Assembly (NCBI GenBank): GCA_001779195.1
Contig: MFJL01000019.1
Coordinates: forward strand, 27,192-91,191
Direction: 5' to 3'
DNA length: 64,000 nt
Origin: Candidatus Gottesmanbacteria bacterium RIFCSPHIGHO2_02_FULL_39_11
Lineage (GTDB): Bacteria > Patescibacteriota > Microgenomatia > 2-02-FULL-39-11
The notes beneath the pieces were generated by a model. It ran no database searches. It was given only the letters and a program-made list of their open reading frames with translations, and was not told the origin of the DNA. The translations under genes were made by a program, and so were the position numbers. The stretch's first letter is position 1. Each line of letters begins with the position of its first letter. Positions 47,086 through 56,131 of the stretch are shown piece after piece.

Positions 47086-47715
47086 ATGTCTCTTGTGATA
47101 TCTGTATTTTTCCAATCATTCGTGTCATTTCTTAAAACCTCTTGGGGGTGTTTTAATCGTCCGTATGAAACATATAGAAAAATTTCTTCCGGATCCTTTA
47201 ATTTGCTTTCTACGTTTTTTATTTTTTTCTTTGTCTGTGTTTACTTTGCCTGGGAGAGCTTAATCCGAACTCCCTTTAGAAGTCCCTATGTATTGACTTA
47301 CAATTTTGGTTTGTCGTTTTTAGCAGCAGCTACCGGGTTTTCTCTTATCGTAGGCATTTTGTACTTTTTAGGAGAAAAGACACATGAGAAGATATCTCTT
47401 GAAAGAGTAGTAATACTCTGGTCTTATTCATTACTTCCAACGGTAATTTGGTTTTTTTCTACATCTCTTATCTATATGATTCTTCCGCCTCCAAGAACCT
47501 TATCTGTGTGGGGAAAGGGATTTAGTATCGTATTTATCTCTTTTTCCATCGCTCTTTTGGGATGGAAAATCATTCTGTATTATCTGACACTTCGGTTTGG
47601 ACTTCGAATCAGTTTGAAAAAAATTCTTACTGTTTCTTTTGTCGTTATCCCGATTATAGCGATCTACTCACTAGGCATGTATTATTTAAGAATATTTAGA
47701 ATACCGTTTATATAA
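47086..47715 (+). CDS. Yip1-like multi-TM membrane protein
   Basis: RPYETYRKI, YSLLP, ~5 TM helices. Confidence 0.65.
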   Translation: MSLVISVFFQSFVSFLKTSWGCFNRPYETYRKISSGSFNLLSTFFIFFFVCVYFAWESLIRTPFRSPYVLTYNFGLSFLAAATGFSLIVGILYFLGEKTHEKISLERVVILWSYSLLPTVIWFFSTSLIYMILPPPRTLSVWGKGFSIVFISFSIALLGWKIILYYLTLRFGLRISLKKILTVSFVVIPIIAIYSLGMYYLRIFRIPFI

Positions 47716-47725
47716 AAATTGCTCT

Positions 47726-47806
47726 GTCATCCTGAACTTGTTTCAGAGCCTGTCCTGAATTCGGTTCAGGAATCTTCTGAAGATGCTGAAATAAATTCAG
47801 CATGAC
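47726..47806. repeat. GTCAT palindrome dimer, a copy of 46965-47021 with a nested ~24-nt hairpin insert
   Basis: GTCATCCTGAACTTGTTTCAG-AGCCTGTCCTGAATTCGGTTCAGGA-ATCTTCTGAAGATGCTGAAATAAATTCAGCATGAC. Confidence 0.85.
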
Positions 47807-47815
47807 GATCAAGCT

Positions 47816-48973
47816 ATGTCATTGAGAGACTTTAAGACGATAGAAGAAAGAAGAAAATATATTGAAGATGAAACTCACAACAAATTCTCTTCGATATCTT
47901 TATTTCCGGATAAGTTAAAGGAAGCATCGCAGACCAATTGTGAAAATATGATTGGGGCGGTATCTATTCCTTTAGGAATTGCAGGACCGTTAAAAATCAG
48001 AGATCAGGGATCAGGGGTCAGGGATCAGGAAGTCTATGTTCCTTTAGCAACCACAGAAGGAGCATTGGTAGCTTCCGTAAATCGGGGATGCAAGGCAATT
48101 TCAGAAAGCGGGGGAGCATATACGGTTGTTGAAAATTCAGGAATGACACGGGGAGCTTCATTTAAAACACAAAGTCTTAAGCAGAGTTTAGAGCTTCGTG
48201 AATTTATTAATATCCATAATGAGGATATAAAAAAAATTGCATCATCTACTTCTTTTCATCTTCAGTTTAAATCTGTATTTACTAAAACATTAGGAAGAAG
48301 TGTTTTTGTGAGATTTTCTTTTGATTGTTCTGAGGCAATGGGAATGAATATGGCGACAATTGCTGTCTCTAAAATTTGTAACTATTTAGAAAAAGAAACT
48401 CAAGCTAAAACCATTTCGGTTGCCTCAAACTTTGATGTAGATAAAAAACCTGCTTGGCTAAATGTGATTTTAGGAAGAGGAAGGCAGGTATGGGCTGAGG
48501 TTGAGATTTCAGATAAAACCATCGTATCGGTATTAAAAACAACCGCACAGAAAATGCACGAATTAAATATTCAAAAAAATCTTTTAGGTTCATCTCTTTC
48601 AGGGTCCCTGGGGTTTAATGCTCATTTTGCCAACATTGTTTCTGCGTTTTTTATCGCAACCGGTCAGGATCCGGCTCATGTAACTGAAGGAAGTTTAGGC
48701 TTCACAACGACTGATCTTACAACCGCTGGAATTGCGGTAAGTATTTACATGCCCAATGTAAATGTAGGGACAGTAGGAGGGGGAACTAAGCTTGCCTGCC
48801 AAAAAGAAGCACTAAGTATATTAGGCATCACAGACGGCTCTTGTAAGGGAAGCGCTGATCTTTTAGCTTCTTATTTGGGAGCAGCAGTTCTGGGAGGAGA
48901 AATATCCCTTCTTGCCTCCCTTGCAGAGGGAAGTCTTGCATCAACTCATAAAAAATTAGGAAGAGGAAAATAA
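47816..48973 (+). CDS. hmgA: Class I (archaeal/eukaryotic-type) HMG-CoA reductase
   Basis: CENMIG, VPLATTEGALVAS, EAMGMNM, TGQDPAH, GTVGGGT, GEISL. Confidence 0.95.
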   Translation: MSLRDFKTIEERRKYIEDETHNKFSSISLFPDKLKEASQTNCENMIGAVSIPLGIAGPLKIRDQGSGVRDQEVYVPLATTEGALVASVNRGCKAISESGGAYTVVENSGMTRGASFKTQSLKQSLELREFINIHNEDIKKIASSTSFHLQFKSVFTKTLGRSVFVRFSFDCSEAMGMNMATIAVSKICNYLEKETQAKTISVASNFDVDKKPAWLNVILGRGRQVWAEVEISDKTIVSVLKTTAQKMHELNIQKNLLGSSLSGSLGFNAHFANIVSAFFIATGQDPAHVTEGSLGFTTTDLTTAGIAVSIYMPNVNVGTVGGGTKLACQKEALSILGITDGSCKGSADLLASYLGAAVLGGEISLLASLAEGSLASTHKKLGRGK

Positions 48974-50013
48974 TGAATGTCGACATCTTAGGCTATGGAA
49001 TGTACGTGCCCTATCGTCGAATCTCGGTTTCTGAGATTGCCAGCGTCTGGGGAAAAAATAAAGACGAAATAAGTAAATCCCTGGGGGTCAGCCAAAAATC
49101 AGTTCCCTATCTGGATGAAGATGCGGTAACTTTAGCATATGAGGCAGCATCTGAAGCAATTTTAAGAGCTCAAATTAACCCAACTGAAATTGAGGCGTGT
49201 TTTGTAGGATCTGAATCTCATCCGTACGCGGTAAATCCCACCTCAACTATTGTTGCTGAATTTTTAGGAATAGGGCATAAGTATCTTGCAGCAGATCTGG
49301 AGTTTGCCTGTAAAGCGGCAACGACAGGAATTATTGCAACGGCAGGACTTATCGCTTCTTCCCAAATTAAAACCGGACTTGTTATTGGAAGCGACACAGC
49401 GCAGGCAAGACCTCATGATATTTTGGAATATACTGCAAGCTCTGCTTCCGCTGCATATATTTTAGGAAAAGATAAAAATAAATCGATTGCAACCCTTCAG
49501 GGAACGGTTTCCTACTCGTCTGATACCCCGGATTTTTGGAGAAGAGACGGGGTGAGGTTTCCCAGTCACGGAGGAAGATTTACCGGAGAACCTTCTTATT
49601 TTAATCATGTACTATCAGCCTCCAAGATGCTTCTTGAAAAAACAAAGACAACACCTTCCGACTATACATACGCTGTTTTTCATATGCCAAACGGGAAATT
49701 TCCCCGGGCGGCTGCAAAACGACTGGGTTTTTCTGAAAGCCAGATCGCCCCTTCTTTAATAGTTGATCATATAGGAAACCCCTATTCTGCTTCTTCATTA
49801 TGCGGACTGGGCGCTGTTTTGGATATTGCCAAGCCGCAAGATAAAATTTTTGTGGTTTCCTATGGATCCGGAGCCGGATCAGATGCATTTTCATTTGAAG
49901 TAAACAGTGGGATATTAGAAAGAAGAGGAAAATCAAAGTCATTTAAAGATTTCATCAGCTTCACAAAACAAATTTCTTATGTTGAATATTTAAAGTACGG
50001 AGGAAAGATTTAA
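48973..50013 (+). CDS. mvaS: Archaeal-type HMG-CoA synthase
   Basis: DEDAVT, GSESHPYAVNP, EFACKA, DTPDFWRR, FHMPNGKFP, SYGSGAGSD. Confidence 0.93.
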   Translation: MNVDILGYGMYVPYRRISVSEIASVWGKNKDEISKSLGVSQKSVPYLDEDAVTLAYEAASEAILRAQINPTEIEACFVGSESHPYAVNPTSTIVAEFLGIGHKYLAADLEFACKAATTGIIATAGLIASSQIKTGLVIGSDTAQARPHDILEYTASSASAAYILGKDKNKSIATLQGTVSYSSDTPDFWRRDGVRFPSHGGRFTGEPSYFNHVLSASKMLLEKTKTTPSDYTYAVFHMPNGKFPRAAAKRLGFSESQIAPSLIVDHIGNPYSASSLCGLGAVLDIAKPQDKIFVVSYGSGAGSDAFSFEVNSGILERRGKSKSFKDFISFTKQISYVEYLKYGGKI

Positions 50014-50018
50014 AGTTT

Positions 50019-51161
50019 ATGACACCTGTAAGAATTTTATCAGGAGCGGTGAGTAAATTCGGAGAACTTTGGGATGTGTCTCCCCGTGATTTAGTAAAAG
50101 AAGTTGTTCAGAAGGCATTAACTGAAGCAGGTCTAACCACCTCATCAATTGACGGTGTGTTTGTGGGAAATATGCTTGCCGGAACTTTGGGCAATCAGGA
50201 TCATTTGGGAGCTTTTTTTAGTGAAGAGTTGGGTATTTTTAGAGGATCCATTAGCGTTGAGGGAGCATGTGCCTCCGGAGGTTTGGCTGTTCATAGCGGT
50301 GTAATGGCTATTCTTTCCGAGTTATATCACCATGTTTTGGTAATTGGTGTTGAAAAAATGACAGATCATAAGCCTGAAGATGTTGCCAAAGGCCTCATGG
50401 GTGCAGGCTCCTCAGCAGAACGGGAATCAGGGGCGACTTTTCCCAGTCTGTATGCGCTTATGGCTGTTGCCCATATGGAGAAATACGGAACAACCGAGGA
50501 ACAGATGGCCGCAGTATCCGTCAAAAACCATTTTCATGCGAGTTTAAACCCCAATGCTCAGTTTCATACTCCTATAACCATTGAACAGGTGATGAAAAGT
50601 TCATGTATCGCCTCCCCCCTCAAACTTCTGGATTGCTCTCCTATAACAGATGGAGCAGCAGCGATTATCTTATCGAAAAACAAAACGAAAAACGAGATAA
50701 GTATTATTGCTTCCTCTGTTGAAACAGATACATTAGGAGTTGCAGAGAGGGAAAGTTTGACCAGTCTTGCCTCATCAGTACATGCTTCAAAAGAAGCATA
50801 TGCACAGGCTGGTATTAAACCTTCCGATATTGATGTAGCTGAAGTTCATGATTGCTTTTCAATTGCGGAAATACTGGCGATGGAAGACCTCGGTTTTTTT
50901 CAAAAAGGTGAAGCAGCAGAGGCAATTTTTGAGGGGAAAACGAAACTAGGATCCAAAAAACTTGTGGTAAATACCTCCGGAGGTTTAAAAGCATCCGGTC
51001 ATCCGGTGGGTGCAACCGGAGTTAAGCAGATAGTTGAGATTTATGAGCAGCTTAAAGGAAAAGCAGGAAAACGGCAGGTAGATGGTGCAAAGATAGGACT
51101 TACCCATAATGTCGGAGGATCAGGAGCAACGGCGGTTATACATATTTTAAGGAGAAATTAA
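50019..51161 (+). CDS. Archaeal-type acetoacetyl-CoA thiolase
   Basis: EGACASGG, GVEKM, VKNH, DCSPITDGAAA, EVHDCF, GHPVGATG, HNVGG. Confidence 0.93.
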   Translation: MTPVRILSGAVSKFGELWDVSPRDLVKEVVQKALTEAGLTTSSIDGVFVGNMLAGTLGNQDHLGAFFSEELGIFRGSISVEGACASGGLAVHSGVMAILSELYHHVLVIGVEKMTDHKPEDVAKGLMGAGSSAERESGATFPSLYALMAVAHMEKYGTTEEQMAAVSVKNHFHASLNPNAQFHTPITIEQVMKSSCIASPLKLLDCSPITDGAAAIILSKNKTKNEISIIASSVETDTLGVAERESLTSLASSVHASKEAYAQAGIKPSDIDVAEVHDCFSIAEILAMEDLGFFQKGEAAEAIFEGKTKLGSKKLVVNTSGGLKASGHPVGATGVKQIVEIYEQLKGKAGKRQVDGAKIGLTHNVGGSGATAVIHILRRN

Positions 51162-51162
51162 C

Positions 51163-51257
51163 GTCATCCCGGGCTTGACCCGGGATCCATTCCTTATGGT
51201 GTGTGGATTCCCGCCTTCCCTAAAAAGCGAACTTTTCAGGGTAAACGCGGGAATGAC
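51163..51257. repeat. GTCAT...ATGAC palindromic dimer with nested insert
   Basis: GTCATCCCGGGCTTGACCCGGGATCCA ... TGGATTCCCGC[insert]GCGGGAATGAC. Confidence 0.8.
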
Positions 51258-51268
51258 AAACAACTCTT

Positions 51269-51571
51269 ATGATTAGCCCGGTAAAAATTTGGAGAAACCA
51301 GAAAAAAATAGAAGCACTTCTTGGGAAAGTCGGAGAAATTGTATCCTGGACAAAGGTTTATGTTCCCCCCGCCGGATTTATTTCTCAAGCCCCTTATATT
51401 GTTGCGGTTGTAAAGCTTAAGGAGGGAAAAAATATTATCTGCCAGTATGTAGACTGGGGGGAAAGAGAACTTGTTATTGGACAAAAAGTAAAAACCATAT
51501 TAAGACGTACCCAGGAAAGCGATACGGATGGGGTAATTCCCTATGGAGTTAAAGTAAAACCTGTTAATTAG
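51269..51571 (+). CDS. DUF35 OB-fold scaffold protein lacking the Zn-ribbon
   Basis: GEIVSWT.V...P.GF...APYIVAVVKL.EG, G.KV...LRR, G.I.YG.K; follows thiolase. Confidence 0.85.
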   Translation: MISPVKIWRNQKKIEALLGKVGEIVSWTKVYVPPAGFISQAPYIVAVVKLKEGKNIICQYVDWGERELVIGQKVKTILRRTQESDTDGVIPYGVKVKPVN

Positions 51572-51650
51572 GTGTCAGGTGCTAGGTTTTAGGTGTTAGA
51601 TTATTATTCAACGTTTTTCTTATAACCTATAACCTTAAACCTATAACCTT
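51569..51650. repeat. Inverted heptamer tracts (TAGGTGT-type then CTATAAC-type)
   Basis: taggtgtcaggtgctaggttttaggtgttag ... ttataacctataaccttaaacctataacctt. Confidence 0.75.
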
Positions 51651-51661
51651 ATTTATTGTTT

Positions 51662-52621
51662 ATGCAAATTACTGTTTCGGCACCCGGCAAAATTCATCTA
51701 TTAGGGGAACATGCAGTCGTATACGGATATCCTTCTCTTCTTTCCACAATTGATAAGCGGTTAGAAGTGATATTGACCCTACTTGATAAATCAAACGATA
51801 CCAAGGAAAAAATTCAGATTCAAACCCCTGAAGGAACCGGTCTTATTTATAAATCACTTGAAATTTTTCAGAAAGCCGCCAGACTTTCCCAGTTACCTCC
51901 GCTTCACATTAAAGTTGAGTCAGACATTCCAGTGGGCTCAGGTCTTGGTTCATCTGCAGCTTTATCGGTTGCTCTTATGGGGGCATTATTTAAAGGGATA
52001 AAAAATTTGTGGAATCCGGTTAAGATAAATGAACTTGCATATGAAGTGGAAAAACTCCAGCATGGAAATCCTTCAGGAGGAGACAACACAGTTGTTACAT
52101 TTGGAGGCCTTGTCTGGTTTAGGCGCGAAACAGAATTTCTAAAATCCATTTGGAATTTGCCTTCTGCCTCTTATCATCTTCCCTCTCTTATTCTTATTGA
52201 TTCGGGCCGTCCCAAAGAGACAACCGGAGAGATGGTGTCCTATGTAAATAGACTCTATACCCAAAAGAAAACTTTTTATGAAAATATTTTTAAGGACCAG
52301 GAAAGAGAGACGCGAAATCTTTTAAGTGCATTAAAAAAGGGAGATAGGGAAAATGTAAAACGCGCTTTTTATCGGGGTGAGAAAAATTTGGAAAAAATGG
52401 GGGTTGTAGGTAAAAAAGCACAATCCCTTATCCGTTCTATTGAAAAGCTCGGGGGGTTTGCCAAAATAAGCGGAGCCGGAGGAATAACAGAAGGAAGCGG
52501 AATGATTCTATGTTATCTATCTAATTTTGAAAAAATAGAAGAAATTGCTAAAAAATTTGGATGTAATATTCACAAAGTAAACCTGGGAGTGGAAGGAGTA
52601 AGGATAGAAAATGGAGAATAA
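51662..52621 (+). CDS. mvk: Mevalonate kinase
   Basis: APGKIHLLGEHAVVYG, PVGSGLGSSAA, HGNPSGGD, KISGAGG. Confidence 0.9.
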   Translation: MQITVSAPGKIHLLGEHAVVYGYPSLLSTIDKRLEVILTLLDKSNDTKEKIQIQTPEGTGLIYKSLEIFQKAARLSQLPPLHIKVESDIPVGSGLGSSAALSVALMGALFKGIKNLWNPVKINELAYEVEKLQHGNPSGGDNTVVTFGGLVWFRRETEFLKSIWNLPSASYHLPSLILIDSGRPKETTGEMVSYVNRLYTQKKTFYENIFKDQERETRNLLSALKKGDRENVKRAFYRGEKNLEKMGVVGKKAQSLIRSIEKLGGFAKISGAGGITEGSGMILCYLSNFEKIEEIAKKFGCNIHKVNLGVEGVRIENGE

Positions 52622-53534
52622 GATTACGGTTACCGTTTGCGGAAAAGTGATGCTTCTGGGAGAGCACAGTGTAGTTTATGGAGGATTGTGTCTTGCAAGT
52701 GTTGTTAATAAATACATAACCGTAACTGTTGCTCGGAGTAGTACCAATACAGATGAACTTTTTCTTCCTGACAAAACAGGAGATCAATTTATCCTATCCT
52801 CACTTAATTCTTTTCGGAATTCTTATAAAACCCCTCCGTTATTAATTCGTACCACATCTGATATCACCGGATTCGGATTGGGGTCATCATCTGCTGTTGT
52901 CATAGGAATTGTAAAGGGAATTTCTTCTTTTTTATCCCTGAATCTTTCAGATAGGGAAATCTTTGATATATCCTACCGTGCAGTTCTGGGAGTCCAAAAA
53001 GTTGCCTCAGGATTTGACATAGCTACGTCTTTATACGGAGGGACCATTTTATTTAACGGAAAAACAAAAGTTGCAGAAATACTTTCAAAAGAAAATTTAC
53101 CAATAAGTGTTTTTTTCAGCGGAAAAAAAGCAAGCACGGTTTCATTAGTTAAAAAAGTAAGAAATGTCCATGAAAAGAACCCGCAAAAGCTAAAAGATTT
53201 TTTTGGAAAAATTGAAGAATGTGTGACCGATGCAAAAATTGCTCTTATAAAAAAAGATTGGGAAAAATTGGGAATGGCTATGAACAAAAACCATTCCATA
53301 TTAAAACGTATGGGAGTAAGTACTCCCTATCTTGATTGCATCGTACAGACGGCTCAAGAGAGGGGGGCATACGGAGCGAAACTATCAGGTGCCGGAGGAG
53401 GGGATTGTGTGATTGTTCTTACACCTACTGATCAAAAAGATAAAATTATTTCATCTCTTGAGGCAATTGGAGTAAAACACCTTAATATTTCAGTAGGAGG
53501 GAGTGAGGGTGTTAGAATAAGTACATTACTATGA
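52611..53534 (+). CDS. Second GHMP kinase, probable phosphomevalonate kinase
   Basis: GKVMLLGEHSVVYG, GLGSSSA, Q..ASGFDIA, AKLSGAGGGDC; position between mvk and mvaD. Confidence 0.75.
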   Translation: MENKITVTVCGKVMLLGEHSVVYGGLCLASVVNKYITVTVARSSTNTDELFLPDKTGDQFILSSLNSFRNSYKTPPLLIRTTSDITGFGLGSSSAVVIGIVKGISSFLSLNLSDREIFDISYRAVLGVQKVASGFDIATSLYGGTILFNGKTKVAEILSKENLPISVFFSGKKASTVSLVKKVRNVHEKNPQKLKDFFGKIEECVTDAKIALIKKDWEKLGMAMNKNHSILKRMGVSTPYLDCIVQTAQERGAYGAKLSGAGGGDCVIVLTPTDQKDKIISSLEAIGVKHLNISVGGSEGVRISTLL

Positions 53535-54496
53535 AACAAACTGCAGTTGCCTGTTCCAACATCGCATTTATCAAATTCTTCGGAAAAAAAGATGAGATGC
53601 TTCGCATCCCCATGAACAGTTCAATTTCCATGAACTTAAAGAATGCTACAAGCACGACAACGGTTGAATTTTCAGAAGAGGTTCACACGGATAGTATCAA
53701 TATGACAGATAGAGAAAAAGAAAGAATTGTCACCCATCTAGACCGGATAAGAAAGATTGCGAAAATTTCCCTGAAAGCAAAAGTAGTCACTGAAAACAAT
53801 TTTCCCAAAGGTAGCGGAATTGCCTCATCTGCATCCGGATTTGCAGCACTTACTGTTGCTGCGACAAAAGCGTTAGATTTAAATTTATCGGAAAAAGAAC
53901 TCGGTATGTTATCTAGAGTTGCTTCAGGGTCTGCATGCAGGTCAATCCCCACAGGATTTGTAAAATGGGAAAAAGGAACAAAAAATGATGATTCTTATGC
54001 ATTTTCCTTATATCCCCCCTCCTACTGGAATTTAAAAGATGCAGTCGTTATTGTCGATCGAAATCAAAAACCCATAAGTACATCTAAAGCTCATGGATTA
54101 TCCTGCACCAGTCCTTTTCTTAGTAAACGTTTTGAGGGAATGGATGAAAAAATAAAAGAATGTGAAGGTGCTTTAGCAAAAAAAGATTTTGAAAGATTAG
54201 GAGAACTGATCGAAAGTGAGGCTTTAAATATGCATGCGGTTATGATGACTGCACATCCATCCATATTTTATTTCCGACCCGGAAGTATTTCTGTTATGGA
54301 AACGGTATGGAAACTTAGAAAAGAGGGAATACAAGCATATTTTACTCTGGATGCGGGACCAACGGTGCATGTAATTTATGAAGGTAAGGAAGAGGATCGA
54401 ATTTTGCCGGTTCTTAAGAAATTAGAAAGTGCAAAAGAGATTATTGTAAGCGAAGTTGGAGAGGGAGCAAAAATTATCTCAGACCATCTTTTTTAA
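53531..54496 (+). CDS. mvaD: Diphosphomevalonate decarboxylase
   Basis: SNIAFIKFFGK, GIASSASGFAAL, SGSACRS, TLDAGP. Confidence 0.93.
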   Translation: MKQTAVACSNIAFIKFFGKKDEMLRIPMNSSISMNLKNATSTTTVEFSEEVHTDSINMTDREKERIVTHLDRIRKIAKISLKAKVVTENNFPKGSGIASSASGFAALTVAATKALDLNLSEKELGMLSRVASGSACRSIPTGFVKWEKGTKNDDSYAFSLYPPSYWNLKDAVVIVDRNQKPISTSKAHGLSCTSPFLSKRFEGMDEKIKECEGALAKKDFERLGELIESEALNMHAVMMTAHPSIFYFRPGSISVMETVWKLRKEGIQAYFTLDAGPTVHVIYEGKEEDRILPVLKKLESAKEIIVSEVGEGAKIISDHLF

Positions 54497-55207
54497 ATGA
54501 AAAAAGTAAAAATACAAAATATTCCTAAACATGTAGCTTTTATAATGGACGGAAATAGAAGGTGGGCAAGAGAACGTAAGCTCCCACTTCTTCAGGGACA
54601 TAAAAATGGAGAAGATAGAATTGAACCTTTAGTTGACATGGCAATTGAATATCATATTCCTTATCTTACTTTTTGGGCTTTTTCAACAGAAAACTGGAAG
54701 AGATCTCCTGAGGAAGTTGGCTATCTTTTGAGTTTATATAAGAGAAATTTGGACAAAACCGTGGATGTATTTCGTAAAAAAAATGTACAAGTTAAAGTGA
54801 TTGGAGATTTAAATAAATTCCCTAGAGACTTACAGCAAAAAACAGCCAGATGGATAGAACTGACCAAAAAGAATAAAAGTATTACCGTAATCCTTGCATT
54901 AAGCTACGGAGGAAGAGATGAGATAATTCGTGCTGTGAATAAAATATTAAATAACAAAAAACAAATAACAAATAACATAAAAATTACAAAAGAAGATTTA
55001 GAGAAAAACCTAGATACAGCGGGAATTCCTGATCCAGATCTCATGATTAGAACAGGTGGAGAGAGACGACTTTCAGGCTATCTTCTTTGGCAAATGGAGT
55101 ATGCCGAGTTTTATTTTACGGAAAAATACTGGCCAGAATTCACACCTGAAGAATTTGTCAAAGCCCTACAGGATTATTCAGAACGGATAAGAAGGTTTGG
55201 GAGGTGA
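54497..55207 (+). CDS. uppS: Undecaprenyl (polyprenyl) diphosphate synthase
   Basis: HVAFIMDGNRRWAR, AFSTENWKR, YGGRDEI, PDLMIRTGGERRLSGYLLWQ. Confidence 0.97.
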   Translation: MKKVKIQNIPKHVAFIMDGNRRWARERKLPLLQGHKNGEDRIEPLVDMAIEYHIPYLTFWAFSTENWKRSPEEVGYLLSLYKRNLDKTVDVFRKKNVQVKVIGDLNKFPRDLQQKTARWIELTKKNKSITVILALSYGGRDEIIRAVNKILNNKKQITNNIKITKEDLEKNLDTAGIPDPDLMIRTGGERRLSGYLLWQMEYAEFYFTEKYWPEFTPEEFVKALQDYSERIRRFGR

Positions 55208-55215
55208 CGTGAAGC

Positions 55216-55309
55216 GTCATCCTGAGCGACCCGAGCTTATCGAGGGGAGTCGAAGGATCCCAAACGGAATCTAGACATAAACGGGATTCTTCGCTAAGCT
55301 CAGAATGAC
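55216..55309. repeat. GTCAT...ATGAC palindromic dimer
   Basis: GTCATCCTGAGCGAC...GTCGAAGGATCC ... GGGATTCTTCGCTAAGCTCAGAATGAC. Confidence 0.75.
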
Positions 55310-55310
55310 A

Positions 55311-55982
55311 ATGAATTTTCTAGATTTTCTTTTTCCCCGTCGCTGTGTCTCGTGCGGAAAATTAGGAGGATATTTTTGCAGGAAATGCGCAAATTCCATT
55401 CATTTTTTTGACGAACAGATTTGTCCGATTTGCGCAAAGCCTTCAATTGACGGAAGAACTCACATTAAGTGTCAAACTTCACACACAATCGATGGATTGT
55501 ATAGCGCTGTTTATTTTAAAGATGCAATTAAAGACGCCATCCATCAATTTAAATACCAACAGATAAGTGATTTATCAGAGGTACTGGCTAAAATACTGGT
55601 ATATAAGTTTCCCACCCACCTTATTCATTTTGATTTTTTATGCAGCGTGCCTCTCTACCGATCGCGTGAGAAAGAGAGAGGATTTAATCAAAGTTTTTTA
55701 TTGGCCAAACATATGGGACGTATATGGGGAATTCCGGGAACAGATAAGCTTTTGGTTCGTACGAAAAAAACAGTCCCTCAGGCAGATTTAAAAAAAGAGG
55801 ATAGAGAAAAAAATGTAAAAGATGCTTTTTCTTTATCAAGAGATATCAATTTGACAGATAGATCAATTGGACTTGTTGATGATGTCTCAACCACCCGCTC
55901 AACTCTTGTGGAATGTGCCAAAATTTTAAAACGCGCTCATGCAAAGTTTGTCTACGGAATCGTGATTGCGCATGGGTCATGA
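55311..55982 (+). CDS. comF: ComF-family double zinc-ribbon phosphoribosyltransferase
   Basis: LFPRRCVSCG, C..C, C..C, ERGFNQS, LVDDVSTT. Confidence 0.92.
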   Translation: MNFLDFLFPRRCVSCGKLGGYFCRKCANSIHFFDEQICPICAKPSIDGRTHIKCQTSHTIDGLYSAVYFKDAIKDAIHQFKYQQISDLSEVLAKILVYKFPTHLIHFDFLCSVPLYRSREKERGFNQSFLLAKHMGRIWGIPGTDKLLVRTKKTVPQADLKKEDREKNVKDAFSLSRDINLTDRSIGLVDDVSTTRSTLVECAKILKRAHAKFVYGIVIAHGS

Positions 55983-56011
55983 TATAATAAACAGCTAGTT
56001 TGACCTGAAAG

Positions 56012-56128
56012 TATTTTTAGGGTTTACCCTAAAAATATTTTTAAATTTACGAAGTAAATTGGCCGAATTGCTTTGCAATTCAAAAATATTTTCAGGGTTT
56101 ACCCTGAAAAATTTGTTTACAAATTTTT
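56012..56128. repeat. Cluster of five short perfect hairpins upstream of tRNA-Ser
   Basis: TATTTTTAGGGT-TT-ACCCTAAAAATA; AATTTAC-GAA-GTAAATT; GAATTGC-TTT-GCAATTC; TTTTCAGGGT-TT-ACCCTGAAAA; AAAAATTTGT-TT-ACAAATTTTT. Confidence 0.75.
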
Positions 56129-56131
56129 TAG

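Noticed and set aside
54546-54575. Possible AGA/AGG to Ser reassignment suggested by tRNA-Ser(ACT)
   Set aside because: AGA and AGG encode invariant Arg in uppS (DGNRRWAR) and AGA encodes conserved Arg in rpmH. Standard code 11 also fits the TGA stops of conserved genes.
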